A DNA stretch of 63,306 bases, filler included, from Reticulomyxa filosa (Eukaryota > Protista > Foraminifera), in assembly GCA_000512085.1 (NCBI GenBank). It is 18 parts of 18 records of this genome, joined end to end, with 100 filler letters (N's around TTAATTAATTAA, not from the genome) between each part and the next. Parts side by side here need not be neighbours in the genome. Positions count along the whole stretch, not along the records: positions 9,499 to 16,285 come from ASPP01039449.1; positions 16,386 to 17,766 come from ASPP01025315.1; positions 17,867 to 18,913 come from ASPP01038766.1; positions 19,014 to 24,822 come from ASPP01022439.1; positions 24,923 to 27,795 come from ASPP01023935.1; 13 more parts are not named here. One strand, given 5' to 3'. Each line of letters starts with the position of its first letter. The stretch's first letter is position 1. The position numbers and the translations under genes were made by a program. Below are positions 12,901-24,987 of this stretch, piece by piece. The notes under the pieces are model-generated. The model was given only the letters and a program-made list of their open reading frames with translations. It had not been told where the DNA came from and did no database searches.

Positions 12901-15900
12901 CTCATTTGTGGATCAACAAAGATTGGATACTTTGCACGAATTGCTTCATTTGTGAAAAGCATTTGTGTCCAATCCATGCCCTTAGCAATGTAAAATTGCC
13001 TCAGGAACCATATATGCAAACTGTACTGATGAAATTTGTTGGATTGATTAAAGTGTGTTAACAGTTCGGATGCTTGCTTTACCATAGTGTTTAGCTCTTG
13101 ATTATCCATCATCTCTGATATTTTAAGCGTTTTAGTAATGGACAAAATGGAATCGACACATTGGAATAACTTTGCCTTCACATTTGAAATGTCGGCAATG
13201 TCTTGATTTGGTCCATTGTACTTGATACTTGGTGTATTCGTATAAATGCGTTCTAATATACGATTTAACAGGACAGCCTCATGTGTATCCAATGTAAATG
13301 TCTCATCGTTCCATTGATTCTGGACCAATTCCTCAAGGATTTGCAAACGAATCTTATCCGTTACATGTTTTGCATCTGGAGCCAAGTCATGTGCATTGTG
13401 AAATATGTCAGTTATTACAGAGCAATATACTGTTTTTTTGTTTGGAGTGTCAAGCTTTTCAAGCTTTTTTACTGTTGTTAGTACATCTCGAACGAAATGT
13501 GGACGTTTGTCCAAACAAGATTTCCTTCTTTGGACACACGCTCCAAAATAGTTGTTATTGTGCTCTTTTCATTTAACCATCCATCCTCTGATAACGACAT
13601 CGCATTAAGCAGTACATTGCTCAGCTCTACTTTATCAACAATTTGTCTTTCAAAATGCTTTGCTCCAAGAATTTGCATTTGTGCTCGCCGACACATGGCA
13701 AATATTTCTTCATATTCCTTGCAATTGCCATACCAGTCTTTTGCAAATTGTAAGATCGCTGGAATTGCATCTTCGACTGCCTCCAAACTTCTAGCAATGT
13801 CACTCCACTTATTTTCTGCAAAAAGGTAATTGCAACGTATAAAAAAAGAAAGATAAGACTTTAGGGAAATTTTTATAAAAGCAAAACAAAACAAAAACAA
13901 ACCAGGTGAAAACGAAATAAAGTGTTGCAACAGCAAGCAAATGGAGCCACTCAGTCTTGTGCTCTCATTTTCATCATCCAATAGTTTGTGCAATTTCAAA
14001 ACGATGCCAGTGTCGTCTTGACAAAGCTTCAATAACTTCACATATTTTGCAAAAAAATCAGGCAAAATGTACAAGATGGACTCAATCATCGCAACGGATA
14101 CTTCCCAATTGAATAGTGAAATCACGCAAAACAAAATATCTGCAATGACTTCAGCCTTGCGTTGCTGATTCAAATTATATTTGGCTGTAATGACATCCAT
14201 TAAATACATTCGACAATGCTTGACACTGCACATATTCAAATATTTCAATGCATTTTCACTTCCGTCCATTACCATTTTCAACAAGTTGGAGCTTTGAAGT
14301 ACCTTATGGTGGCTATCTAATCTAGTCTTATTTTCGTTTTCATTATCGTCAGCATTTTCATGTTGATACTTATATTCATGTTCACTCTTTTTTTCGTCTT
14401 CATTCTGGTGGACAGTTACATTCAATTTTTCAACCAGACGTTGAGCAACAACACTGACCAACTTGGAGTGACACCAGTTGTGTAATACGTGGCTCCATGG
14501 GAACATGGCTTCATATTTGACACTAACAGCGCGTAGATCCGGTTCGATGCTTACTAATCTCTGCACTACATCTTTTAACCGAGGAATTGTCACCATTGAA
14601 GTACTTTTTGCAACTTCCACAAATAATTGTGACAAATGGTCGTGATTTTTTTCAACTGCACCAAAAAATACCTTTTTTTTTGGCATGCACATTATGTGTA
14701 ATGCGCAGATCTTTTTTATGTATCTAATTAAAAAAAAAGAATTAACTTGGAAATAACAATTCTCATAAAACGTTGACAAAATATTCATGCAAGCCATGAT
14801 CAATAATCTGTCGGTAACATTTTTGTACTTTTCAAAAAAGGAACAGCCTAATGATAATGCGTCTACGTTGCCAGGATGTTTGACTTCTTTTTCATTCAAA
14901 ATGCACGCAATTGGCTTAGATATTACGCCTTTTTCTTCAAATAATTGCTTTAGCCTCGAAATGATTTCTTTTCGACATTCCACAGTCTCGGCCAATTCTT
15001 CAAATAAAGTCAGCAGTCTTTGTATATCCCTACCCCCATTTTTTTGAGTGGGGAACTGAAGCCGTGCAAACGCGCGCCGAATCGCGTTACGCAACCAAGT
15101 ATTTGATTCATCATTTTTGAGCACATCTGACATGGTTTGTGAAAGTAGAGTTTTCAATTGCACCGACTCCACCAAACTTAAGTTATCAACATATGTGAAT
15201 TTCCATTTTCTGGAGAAAATTAAGGGAAAAGGATTCTTGAAAATCGGCGGTTTAATATGTACAAGCAAAACAACCAATCTTTGTTCCATTTGTTTTTTTT
15301 CTTCGTCTTTGTTATCTTCTTTTTGGTCCTTTCCTTCTTCGTTGCAACAATAGTATTGATAATGCGCATGTTCCAATGTATGTTTGATGTGCATGAAATG
15401 GCTAACGTTTTTGGGGTCATGTACGTACTGCAAAATCAGTAGATCTTGAGTTGTATTATCCGAGCTGAAGAAATGATAAATGGTCTGTTCAAAGTCGATC
15501 GACTTTTTGAATGATGCAATTTTTTTTGTCGCGTAATTCCACTGAACTGGTAAATTGCACTCAAAGTCGCCAGTGAGTATCAATGCCATTTGTTTATTCG
15601 ATTCCATTTGTTGCAGCTCAATAACTTTCCTAAAAGAAGGAAATTCTTTTTGTTCAGCTTTTTCATAATCAAATTTTTCTCCTTGATCAACAGCAACTTC
15701 GAGAATGGTCTCTGGATTACATAAAGGTTTAAATAAATCCACGATTGCATCTACAGTTGCATCATCAAGTTCCGGGTTTTTTGGTTCATTTTGATCAAAA
15801 GCATCAGGTGATTTTTGTTCTTCTTTTCTTTCTACCAAAATGTTAAACAACGCCGAAGGTATAGTGTCATCGTTGAATCCACAAAATAATTTATCCAATT

Positions 15901-16285
15901 GTTTAGAAGCCACTCCAAACACTTGAGCTAATCTTTCTTCTATTTTTGATATCCATGGCTCCGTTTCAGAGGACAACGAGGTACGATATGATATCAATTG
16001 TTTTTCAAAGCGATTTAAAAATGCAATTGGCATCTCAGGTGCGTATGCTATATTTTTATTCACAATCACGATGCATTTGAATTGATCTTTTACAAAACAA
16101 TCTTTGCTCTCGCTTCCCAGAGCCACTCGACAATACATATTTCCTATTTATTTATTTGTGTTATATTTTTCTAGGTCACGCACATAAATAGGGATATTGT
16201 CTTTAAAATAATCTTTACCAGAGGGTTTTTTTTGATATCTTTGGTTAAGCATATCATATAAACTTTCATAAATTGAATCCAACTT
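9906..16285 (-). CDS. RNF213/mysterin-like giant AAA+ ATPase-E3 ligase, C-terminal part, with RZ finger
   Basis: IYESLYDMLNQRY (edge exon) and YCRVALG...FKCIVIV...MPIAFLNRFEKQLI match the late AAA modules of RNF213. LPAMPE followed by CPNMH-x6-CG-x7-C-x4-C-x3-IG-x3-H (12067-12171) is an RZ finger. The gene has several introns and frameshifts at A-homopolymers (about 13510, 11760, 11530). Confidence 0.88.
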
Positions 16286-16385
16286 NNNNNNNNNNNNNNN
16301 NNNNNNNNNNNNNNNNNNNNNNNNNNNNNTTAATTAATTAANNNNNNNNNNNNNNNNNNNNNNNNNNNNNNNNNNNNNNNNNNNN

Positions 16386-17521
16386 CATCTGTGCAACATA
16401 CGCATGCTAGATCATCTGTCGCGTGTAATGGCTCAATACTGTGTGCTTTAATCTTGTTCATTAACTTTGTATGTTCTATGAGTACCACTTCTTCCGCTTT
16501 GTTCAGTGGTTCCAACGGCGGAGGTGAGCTGTTCAATGATTTCAATGACTGGTGTGACTTATCAATTTTTTCCAATTGTGGTAACATGTCTACTGAACGC
16601 AAGTGCCGATTTGACTTGACTTCAGATTCCAATGGATGAAGTTTCTGCGCTGTCATTGTTTCAAGTTCTTTATTTTCATGTTCAACATGTAACGTCCGCA
16701 GTTTGGATACATGCACAATCTTTTCAAGGCCATGTTCACTCTTGATTCTTAAGAGTTACTGGCCCCATACGTTGAATAACTGTATAAGGACCAACGAACT
16801 TTGGTAACAATTTTGACTTGTTTCCTACTCTCTGGTCACATACGAATAATAAAACTGAATCACATACTCCGAAATTATCTTTATGTTTGTTCTTATTTTC
16901 AAATTGTATGCGTTTGTTGTTGTAATTTCTTTGTGCTGATAAAGCTCCCTCCCTGACCAATTGCAGCTGTCTTTGTAGAGTACATTTATACTCATGCAAC
17001 GACTCATATTCATATCTATGCTCTTTCTTTGTTAGTTGCAATTTCATATCTGGAACTAAATAAAACTTTTCACCATACAATTCATGAGGGCTTACTTTTG
17101 ACATTTTGTTGGGCGTCACATTGTAAGAAGCGACAATTGCTGGTAAAAACGATGTCAATAAATCATTGTTTACAAAATCCAACTTTCGATCGACGGCTAT
17201 TGTCACTAATCGTTCCTTTAGATATCGATGAAAACGTTCTAACATTCCATTGGTTTGTGGATGATGAGATGAAGTGAATAATTACTTAATTCCCATTAGT
17301 TTAGACATAAGAGTTGCAACTTTCCCTTTAAACTGCGTTCCATTGTCCGATAATATTGTTTCAGGAACACCGTGGCGATATACCCCTTCATTTGCAAATG
17401 AAAGTGTAATGTCTTTTGCTGTATTTGTCTTAAGGGGCACTGCGGCAGCATATCGTGTAAATCGATCAATCATTGTTAAAATATATTGATAATGTGATTC
17501 TGTCTTTGGCAATGGATACAT
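16386..17521 (-). mobile_element. Ty3/Gypsy LTR retrotransposon integrase relic
   Basis: YILTMIDRFTRY...GVPETILSDNGTQF...HPQTNGMLERFHRYLK (DDE triad), KLLPKFVGPYTV (GPY/F) and HVSKLR. In-frame TAA at 17282. Confidence 0.92.
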
Positions 17522-17766
17522 CCGAAAAGGAATTATGGAGGCACTACCTATTGCTTCGAAGATTTACAGTTTATACCGATCATAAAAATCTAGCTTCATT
17601 ATTTTCATTGTCTGGTAAACAAATTAATTCTAGATTATCCAGATGGGCATTGCAACTCAGTGAATTCTCATTTGAAGCTAGATATTTCCCTGGCACTGAA
17701 AATATAATTGCTGACTTCTTATCTCGACATCCAACATCATTGACTAGAGTTGAGAAATTAGCAGTT
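17522..17766 (+). mobile_element. Ty3/Gypsy RNase H fragment, inverted relative to the integrase
   Basis: WRHYLL.RRFTVYTDHKNL...RLSRWALQLSEFSFEARYFPGTENIIADFLSR is the canonical Ty3 RNase H C-terminus. Confidence 0.92.
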
Positions 17767-18084
17767 NNNNNNNNNNNNNNNNNNNNNNNNNNNNNNNNNN
17801 NNNNNNNNNNTTAATTAATTAANNNNNNNNNNNNNNNNNNNNNNNNNNNNNNNNNNNNNNNNNNNNTTAAGTTCATTTCTTGATTGCTAATACCAAATAG
17901 AAAAAAAAAATAAAAGGACCGAAATCACACATATGGTTGTAACAGATAGGAAAAATTTAAATTTTTTATTCCTAAAAACTTTATCTAATTAAAAAAAAAA
18001 AATTTTATTGACAAGCAACTTAAAAAAAGTTTTTTCAAAAAGGATACTTTTTTTTTTTTCTTTTCTTTGAAGATATATATAGAT

Positions 18085-18875
18085 ATGACAAATACTCCCA
18101 CTCCCAAGGAAGATCAAGTATCAGAACTTCCAAACAATAACTTATTATTTGAAAAAATAGCAATGAAATTTTATACAAACTGGTCACCTCCTAAGCGTGT
18201 GGTAAATGAATATCGAGCAGAAAAAATTCCAGTATATGATATATCAAATATTACTTATGAAATTTTTGTTTGGTATCATTTGATTCCAAATCAACCTTGT
18301 ATCATTCAGTTTTGTAAAATATTCTTTTCAAAATAATTTTAAATATTCTTTTTATAAAAGAAATATAAAAATAAAAAAAAAAAGAAATATTAGCAATGAT
18401 TGGAACATAACAAAAGATTGGCTTAATCCTTCAACAAAAACGGAATCTTTATTAAATATAAATTATGTAAAGACAAAATTTGGTGATGCCACAGTGACAG
18501 TTGCAAATTGTGGTGAGAAAGATTACAGTGATCAAAAACGAACAGAGATGAAATTATCAGAATATATGAATTATTGGGAATCTAAGCAAGTGAATCAAAA
18601 GGATATCATTCCACATATTCAAAAAGAAGTAAATAATGAACAAATGCAATGGATATTTGATCCTCAATATACTAATAATTTATTATACTGTAAAGATTGG
18701 CATATTCAATTGTATTGCAAAGAAAAATCTATTGATAATTTATTTGTGACTCCAAAATTATTTCAAGATGATTGGCTTAACTATTATTGGGATTCCATTT
18801 CCTCACATTCTAAAAATAATATCGATACAAATCAGATTAATGGTAATGATGATAATAAAGATTATTTCAATTCAG
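18085..18875 (+). CDS. JMJD4: JmjC-family oxygenase JMJD4-like, N-terminal part
   Basis: IPNQPCII, VTVANCG....Q....MKLSEYMNYW, LYCKDWH and TPKLFQDDWLNYYWD..DY follow the JMJD4 pattern. Intron at about 18310-18392; truncated by the contig end. Confidence 0.8.
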
Positions 18876-20039
18876 GTATTTATATACATATATATGTACA
18901 TATATGTATATAANNNNNNNNNNNNNNNNNNNNNNNNNNNNNNNNNNNNNNNNNNNNTTAATTAATTAANNNNNNNNNNNNNNNNNNNNNNNNNNNNNNN
19001 NNNNNNNNNNNNNTTGAAATCGATATTGTGAAATATGTCAATCATCATCGCAGTGAAGCCTTTGAAGGTTGACTTCTCATTTCTTTTTTTTAACTATTCA
19101 TATTTTCATAATTTTCTTTTTTGGAATTTCCTAGTCCTTTTGTTCATTTTCACGGCCAAAGAACTTGAACATTTTTCCAACTTCCAATTTTCAATATTAG
19201 TGCTCATTGGCTTCATTGGCTTCAGGATTTACTTCTTCATCACCATTGTCTTATCATCCTTTTTGTTGTACGTATCTTCTTGTCATTTGCTCCTACTCGA
19301 CGGCAAGAAGACACTACTTGAGATCTTGTTTGCCAGAAATAGTGGCAAAATCAATTCTTAACTTCGAACAGTCTTACGCGTGGCTCTTTGCACTTATTTT
19401 TTTTTTCTTGACGTTAACTCTAAACAATAGAAGATCAAAATCAGTATATTGCTCAATTAATTCCATTTATCAGTTTATTCAAAGAAAGTGAAAACCAAAT
19501 CGAACTGCCTACATATTTTCTACTTTTGTTTTAAAATATTAAAGTTCAAAAATTTTTACGATGAATATAATTTGATTAAGATATCAGGTGAGCTGGAGGG
19601 AGGACATTAAAATTATTATTAAAAAAAATCGAAAAAACTACAATTCACAAACGCAGGAATTTTTAGTCAACAAAATTTGAGAGTTAAGCACTTGCAATCG
19701 AATATGTCAACAACTTGGCGTTGTTTAAACTTCACTTACCTTCGCTTGCTAGCACCGCAATCACAACAACTTTCCAATTGCTCGATAGTTGTATTATATT
19801 CTTAGACCTATGTTATATAAGTGTGTTGATAATATGTGTTCAATAACATTACAAGAAAACATTATAACATGGAATAAGGCTGATATAATCATGATAATGG
19901 CCAGCTACTGATTTCAATCCAAAACTTCATTAATACACCTTGAAATACCTATTAAAAAATTTCAAGCAACATATCATATATGTATATATAAATAATCAAT
20001 ATACTCAGAAAATGTTGTGTTGAATATGTATATAAAAAA

Positions 20040-23000
20040 ATACTTTTTCCAAGCAATGGACCAAATCACGATTAACGTCAGGTGACATGAAGAGGAACAG
20101 GGCGCAATCACAGCAAATCATTGTGACGTGAAATTGAGTTCTTGCTGTTCGAGTGCGAACAATTCATTTGTGTCAATAGCGACAAGTCTTTGGGGCATAA
20201 TATGATCGACTTCTGGCACTGACGTTGCCCACGTATCTACCCAGCAGCGCCCCCAACACATTGCAAGCGATTGATTGCACTGTTTTGTCAAACGGTATAT
20301 CGATTTTTGAAAAGTCGATCCCGGAGACAGTCCAGCAAAGATGATCGGCGCTTATTCGAGTCAAGAAGTGCAACAGCTCTTTCTGCATCTATTTACAGCT
20401 CTTCACCAATAATCAATACTCAAAGTCTCACGAGCTAATGATTCTTCTCATCAGCGCGCGTATGATATAAAAATCCAAAGTTACGCATGTGCTCACGCAC
20501 ATAATCAGCGTTGACACTAGTGATCAATCTATGGGTTTTGATTGTTGTTCCTCGCCATAAACTTAGCACAATAATCGAGTTTCACTTGTTTGCCGGCGAA
20601 GTCTTTTTAACGCTTCTGGTTTCCACTTGCAATACCATGATCCATATTTGATGAATGCCGCCATTAAAAACGATATTTGTTCAATGATGAGCAAATAAAT
20701 TTTATTGGAAAAATGACAGACGTGTGCGTTGTAGTGTGACCTTCCATGACTCGATAGCATATTGGATTATCAATTCGACAATGAGGTTTCCACTTGTACT
20801 TTCATCACCGTTGCTATTATTTCTGGGAACTCGCTGCAGCACAAATGGCAATGTAAACAGCAAAAATTTGTCCGTCCGCATTCCAAAATTTCATTGTTAG
20901 ACTTTGAAATTCTATAAAAAATTTCCAGCAGCACATACCACACACAAATAAATAATCTATATACGTATAAAAATGTTATGTCGCTATTAATTATTGATAT
21001 GTACATATTTTAAAAAAATGTATATATATAAACTTTTTCAACCAATGGACCCAAACACGATTATAACGATAGGTAACGGAACTTGGAACAGGCGCACATA
21101 AATGACCAGCCGAATAACAACAAGACCGTGTGGAAATGAGATGGGGGGCTCGGCTGCTTACGTAAAATATTGTCTCGTTCCAGCACCACCACACAGTATT
21201 AATATCCAAATCTTTTTCTTGTTCCTAAATAATGGAGCGACTTTTGAATAGTCGATCCAATTCTCAACTGGCACAACTTTGTTACTTTTTGTAACAAACG
21301 CGCAATAGCATTAGCTCTCTCGCGCACACCAAGTCAAATTGTGGAACACAGCAGCACCCAAGTATTGACGCTCACAGCACTAGTCCAATGTGCTGAGACA
21401 ATTGACAAATTAGTAAAAGATAGCACGGATTGCATTTGGTCGTTGTCACCATAAGCATAATTGGCAATGCTATTGACATTGTCCCACATTTGCAGTAGAT
21501 TCCATTGGAGGGGGCGAAAGGGGAGGATGTGCACTATGTGAAATTCGTCCATGTCTGAGAATGCGCAGTGTTCAGTGTCGCCCGCGAACTTTCGATTCAT
21601 CCCATCAATATGAGCATAATTTAAAATCCAAATTTGAGCATGTGCGTACGCACACGACCATGTTTCGACACGATTGAACAAATTTGGTCGTTATGGAAAT
21701 GGACCTAATTTATACATGCAGGATAACAACCTAAACGCAGATATTAACTTGCCCCGTTAGCACCTGTATATGGCAGTGAATACTTTCTTTGCTGATAACT
21801 ATTGGCGTGGCACAGCGCCAGAGACTTGTGTTCGCATACGTTGATTACAAACAACTTCTTTCAAATATTTCGGGCTACCACTGCTAGACATCGCCGTATT
21901 CATTCGACATTTTCCACTATTTGAAGTTAGTCGACTCTTGCGAGTAGCGACTTTGCGAGTTTCGAGATGTGAAGAGCAAGTCCATAACCAATTTCAATAA
22001 GACCGGTCGACTGATTTTTTTTTCTTTTAACCAAATCCAACGCGATACAAACCTATCATTTTTTTTATTCTATTCATCCTCACATCATCATATTACTCTA
22101 TTTTCTTGCCTGTGTCTTGCGAATTTCGAACAACGTAATGAGCCAATCTTATATACGATGATCCACCCGATGTAATAGTTTGTTAATCGCAATGTCGCTT
22201 ATTTTCTCACAACGATCAAGTCTTTTTCTTTATCATCTTCCACTTCGTCGGTCCAGTCGCTGCAGTCGTTGATATACCATAATGTCGTCGTTTTCACTTT
22301 GCGTGCTATCACCGTCTTCTTTTTTCTTCTTACCGGCGATCTTGCTTTTGTGTTCTGGCGGACCAAGATCTATATATTGTTTGTGATTGATCCGTTAAAA
22401 TCTTGCCCAACTGCTCCTACTCCATATCGCGATATTTTCCGACTACGAGTCCATCTGCTCTCGTCGGCGTTGTGGCGATGAACACACTTTGACCTGATTG
22501 AACGAACGCGAGCATTTGTAATGATGGGGTGCAATATTTGCATATTCTTTTTTTTTATTAGCCGTATTCGCTATATTTCTTTTTCCTTGCTTTCTTGAGT
22601 GCCACCACCACGTCGTCCGTATTCCATTGTCTATCCAGGAAGAAGTTCAACAGAGATAAAGGCGCTTGCTAGACAAACGCAAGGCACAACTCTTGCAGCA
22701 ATGAATCCGAAAATGTAACCAGCTGTCTATCTTTCTTCACCAATCAACAATTCTTAAAGTCATCTGCGAGTTCACACCCAAAATTCAAGTTGCGAATTTG
22801 CGTACGCACACGAACAGTTTCTGCACAATCTCTGCGTTAATAAAAATAGGATCACTTCCATAACGACCAAGTTTTCATCGTTCTTTGACGCTCGTAAATC
22901 TCATTTCGACTATATCTTTGGTGCTGTGCCACGCCAAGAGTTATCATCAGACTTGAATGCACCTACGTTGATTGAAAATAAATTCTTCTAATGTCTACAT

Positions 23001-23700
23001 TTTCCATTGCCAAACATTGCCACGCTCCTTTAGCATTTTCCATTGGGCGCGATATGTTAAACTAGTACACGCCAGCGAATTTGCGCTTTTCCGGAAATGA
23101 AGCGAGATTTCATAACTAAGTTCAACAATGCCGACCAACTGCTTTTTTCTTCTTTCAAACAAATCAAACGCGATACCGACTTGTAATTCTTTTAAATTGT
23201 CGAACGGGCGCATGTCGATGATACGAACGTATTTGCACTGGCAACCCAAATGCTGGAACAATGCAACGAATAGAAAGTATTGAGTCGCATCCAATAGTAT
23301 CTCGTCCGCTCATAGTTGATTCCGGGTATTGTTCAGCGAAGATAATCGGCTCTTGTTTGATAAATGCAATATACAACCCTTGCAACTATGGAATAAAAAA
23401 CACAACACTTTTTTCTATTTCTTGATCTTTCTTCATTTGCCAATGCTTCACTAACGCTCACTACTATCGGTACACTCACGACAATAAATCCAAAGTTGCG
23501 AATACGCACACGTATACGCTAAGTTCGATAGCGATCGATTGTTGATCCGCAATAAAATTTGCTCGAATTTCCACAACTATAAAATCTTTCTTGTTCTTCG
23601 GCTTGCAAACTTCTCCAACACTATCATTGCATCCACGACGTCTGGCCACTTCTCTTCATCAGTTTGATGTTAGTGCGTGTGGCAATACGCATATTTTCCA
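20040..23700. pseudogene. Tandem array of about four decayed paralogous units of an unrecognised gene
   Basis: Shared blocks recur in order: ATGGACC start-like block (20056, 21045); TTTTGAA.AGTCGATCC (about 20305, 21242); AAATCCAA..TGCG/ACGCACA (about 20472, 21625, 22781, 23487); TACGTTGATT (21837, 22963); CAAATC.AACGCGATAC (about 22032, 23160). Stops and indels are present in every frame. Confidence 0.7.
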
Positions 23701-24179
23701 AGTTTTCAAGGGAACAATCTCCCTTTTTTCTTTCTAATTTCTTCAATTTTTTTTCCATCTTTTTTTATCTTTTTCTGTCTTTTTTTTGCTCTTTTTTTTG
23801 TTTTTTTTTTCTTTTTTTTTTGATCTTTTTTTTTGCTCTTTTTTTTTGCTCTTTTTTTTGTTTTTTTTTTCTCATTGACATCTTTTTTATTTTATTTTTC
23901 AACATTTTTTTTTCATCTTAAATTTTTTTTCATTTTTTTCTAATTCTTATTATTCTTTTTTTTATTTTTCTTCATCTTCCTTAAAAAAAAATTTTCCCAC
24001 CACATTTTCCATTGTTTTTTCTTTTCCCATCCCTTTTTTCCATCTAATTTTCCTAATAGAAATAAAAAATAAAAAAATAAAAAAAACAAACTTTCAAATC
24101 TTTTTTTTTGTCATTAAACACTATAAACACAATCATAATTGAAATGATTTTTTCATTTTAAAAAAAACCAAATACATAC

Positions 24180-24730
24180 TTTTGCAGTTGAGCCAAAAGC
24201 TCTAATTCCAATCATATATTATTTTTTTTTCTTTTGTAACGGGAAGTGGACAAATATAAATTTTTGTTGATGGGGGTATGCTTGTTGGCAAACATACAAT
24301 CATTTGATAAAATAAAAAATAAAAAATAAAAAAATACAAAGTCTTTTATTTTTTTTTGAATGAGGGGTGGCTTCAACCCCAAAGTTTTTCTTTGCAGATG
24401 ACGGGGACGGGGACGTATACAATATATATTTTTTGAACAGACGGGTTGCGGCTGTTAATGAAAAAACAAACAAAATGCATTATGTAAAAAAAAAAAAAAA
24501 CCAATAAATAACAAACCTTTTGTACTCCTTGCGGAGACGGGGAGCCTTACCCCATATTCAATATATACATATTTTCTTTTGCTGAAGGATGCAATGCATC
24601 CACACACAAAAATTATCATCTTTTTTATCAAAGTGCGAGGTCTGTTCCAAACACAAAAACAACACTCTTAAGTTACAAAGTATTTTTAAAAAAAAGAAAA
24701 AAGACATACTATGCTTAGAGAGGGAGCGAA
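24180..24730. repeat. Degenerate minisatellite (TTTG..GACGGG-like cores in AT spacers)
   Basis: About 8 related G-rich cores near 24232, 24263, 24355, 24391, 24432, 24529 and 24578, separated by A/T tracts. Confidence 0.45.
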
Positions 24731-24987
24731 TATCACCCTAATTACGACTGTTACGAAGAGACAACCAAGAAAAAAAAAAAAAGACCTTTTCTTAAGTAAG
24801 ACATAAATGCACAACTCATAAANNNNNNNNNNNNNNNNNNNNNNNNNNNNNNNNNNNNNNNNNNNNTTAATTAATTAANNNNNNNNNNNNNNNNNNNNNN
24901 NNNNNNNNNNNNNNNNNNNNNNAAACAATAAATAATAAATAATAAAAATTATCATTTATTATTATTTTTTTTTTTTTTAAAAAAAAG

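Noticed and set aside
11500-13520. Programmed frameshifting in the RNF213-like gene
   Set aside because: The shifts sit in short A runs and go in both directions, typical of homopolymer sequencing error seen throughout the window.
9499-18913. Apparent clustering of RNF213-like, retroelement and JMJD4 as an immunity island
   Set aside because: They lie on different contigs separated by artificial spacers.
20280-21830. RdRp motif A (IDFSK..FD) or picorna-like capsid YWRG motif
   Set aside because: The spacing of motif A is wrong, no GDD was found, and WRG is not followed by the expected hydrophobic strand.
21239-23000. Stop-codon reassignment in the tandem units (TGA opposite TAC twice, TAA/TAG opposite CAA)
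   Set aside because: The units also contain frameshifts, deletions and inversions, and stop density looks near random. Pseudogene decay is the simpler explanation, and other genes use standard stops.
22995-23294. XPC/Rad4 transglutaminase-like look of QYFLFVALFQHLGCQCKYV
   Set aside because: Short match only; the ORF straddles two repeat units and the homologous copy is in a different frame.
23664-23921. Phe-rich membrane-like ORFs (also 156-434, 3445-3720, 38387-38710, 49498-49992, 58271-58702)
   Set aside because: Products of T-rich low-complexity DNA or antisense to Lys/Glu-rich frames.
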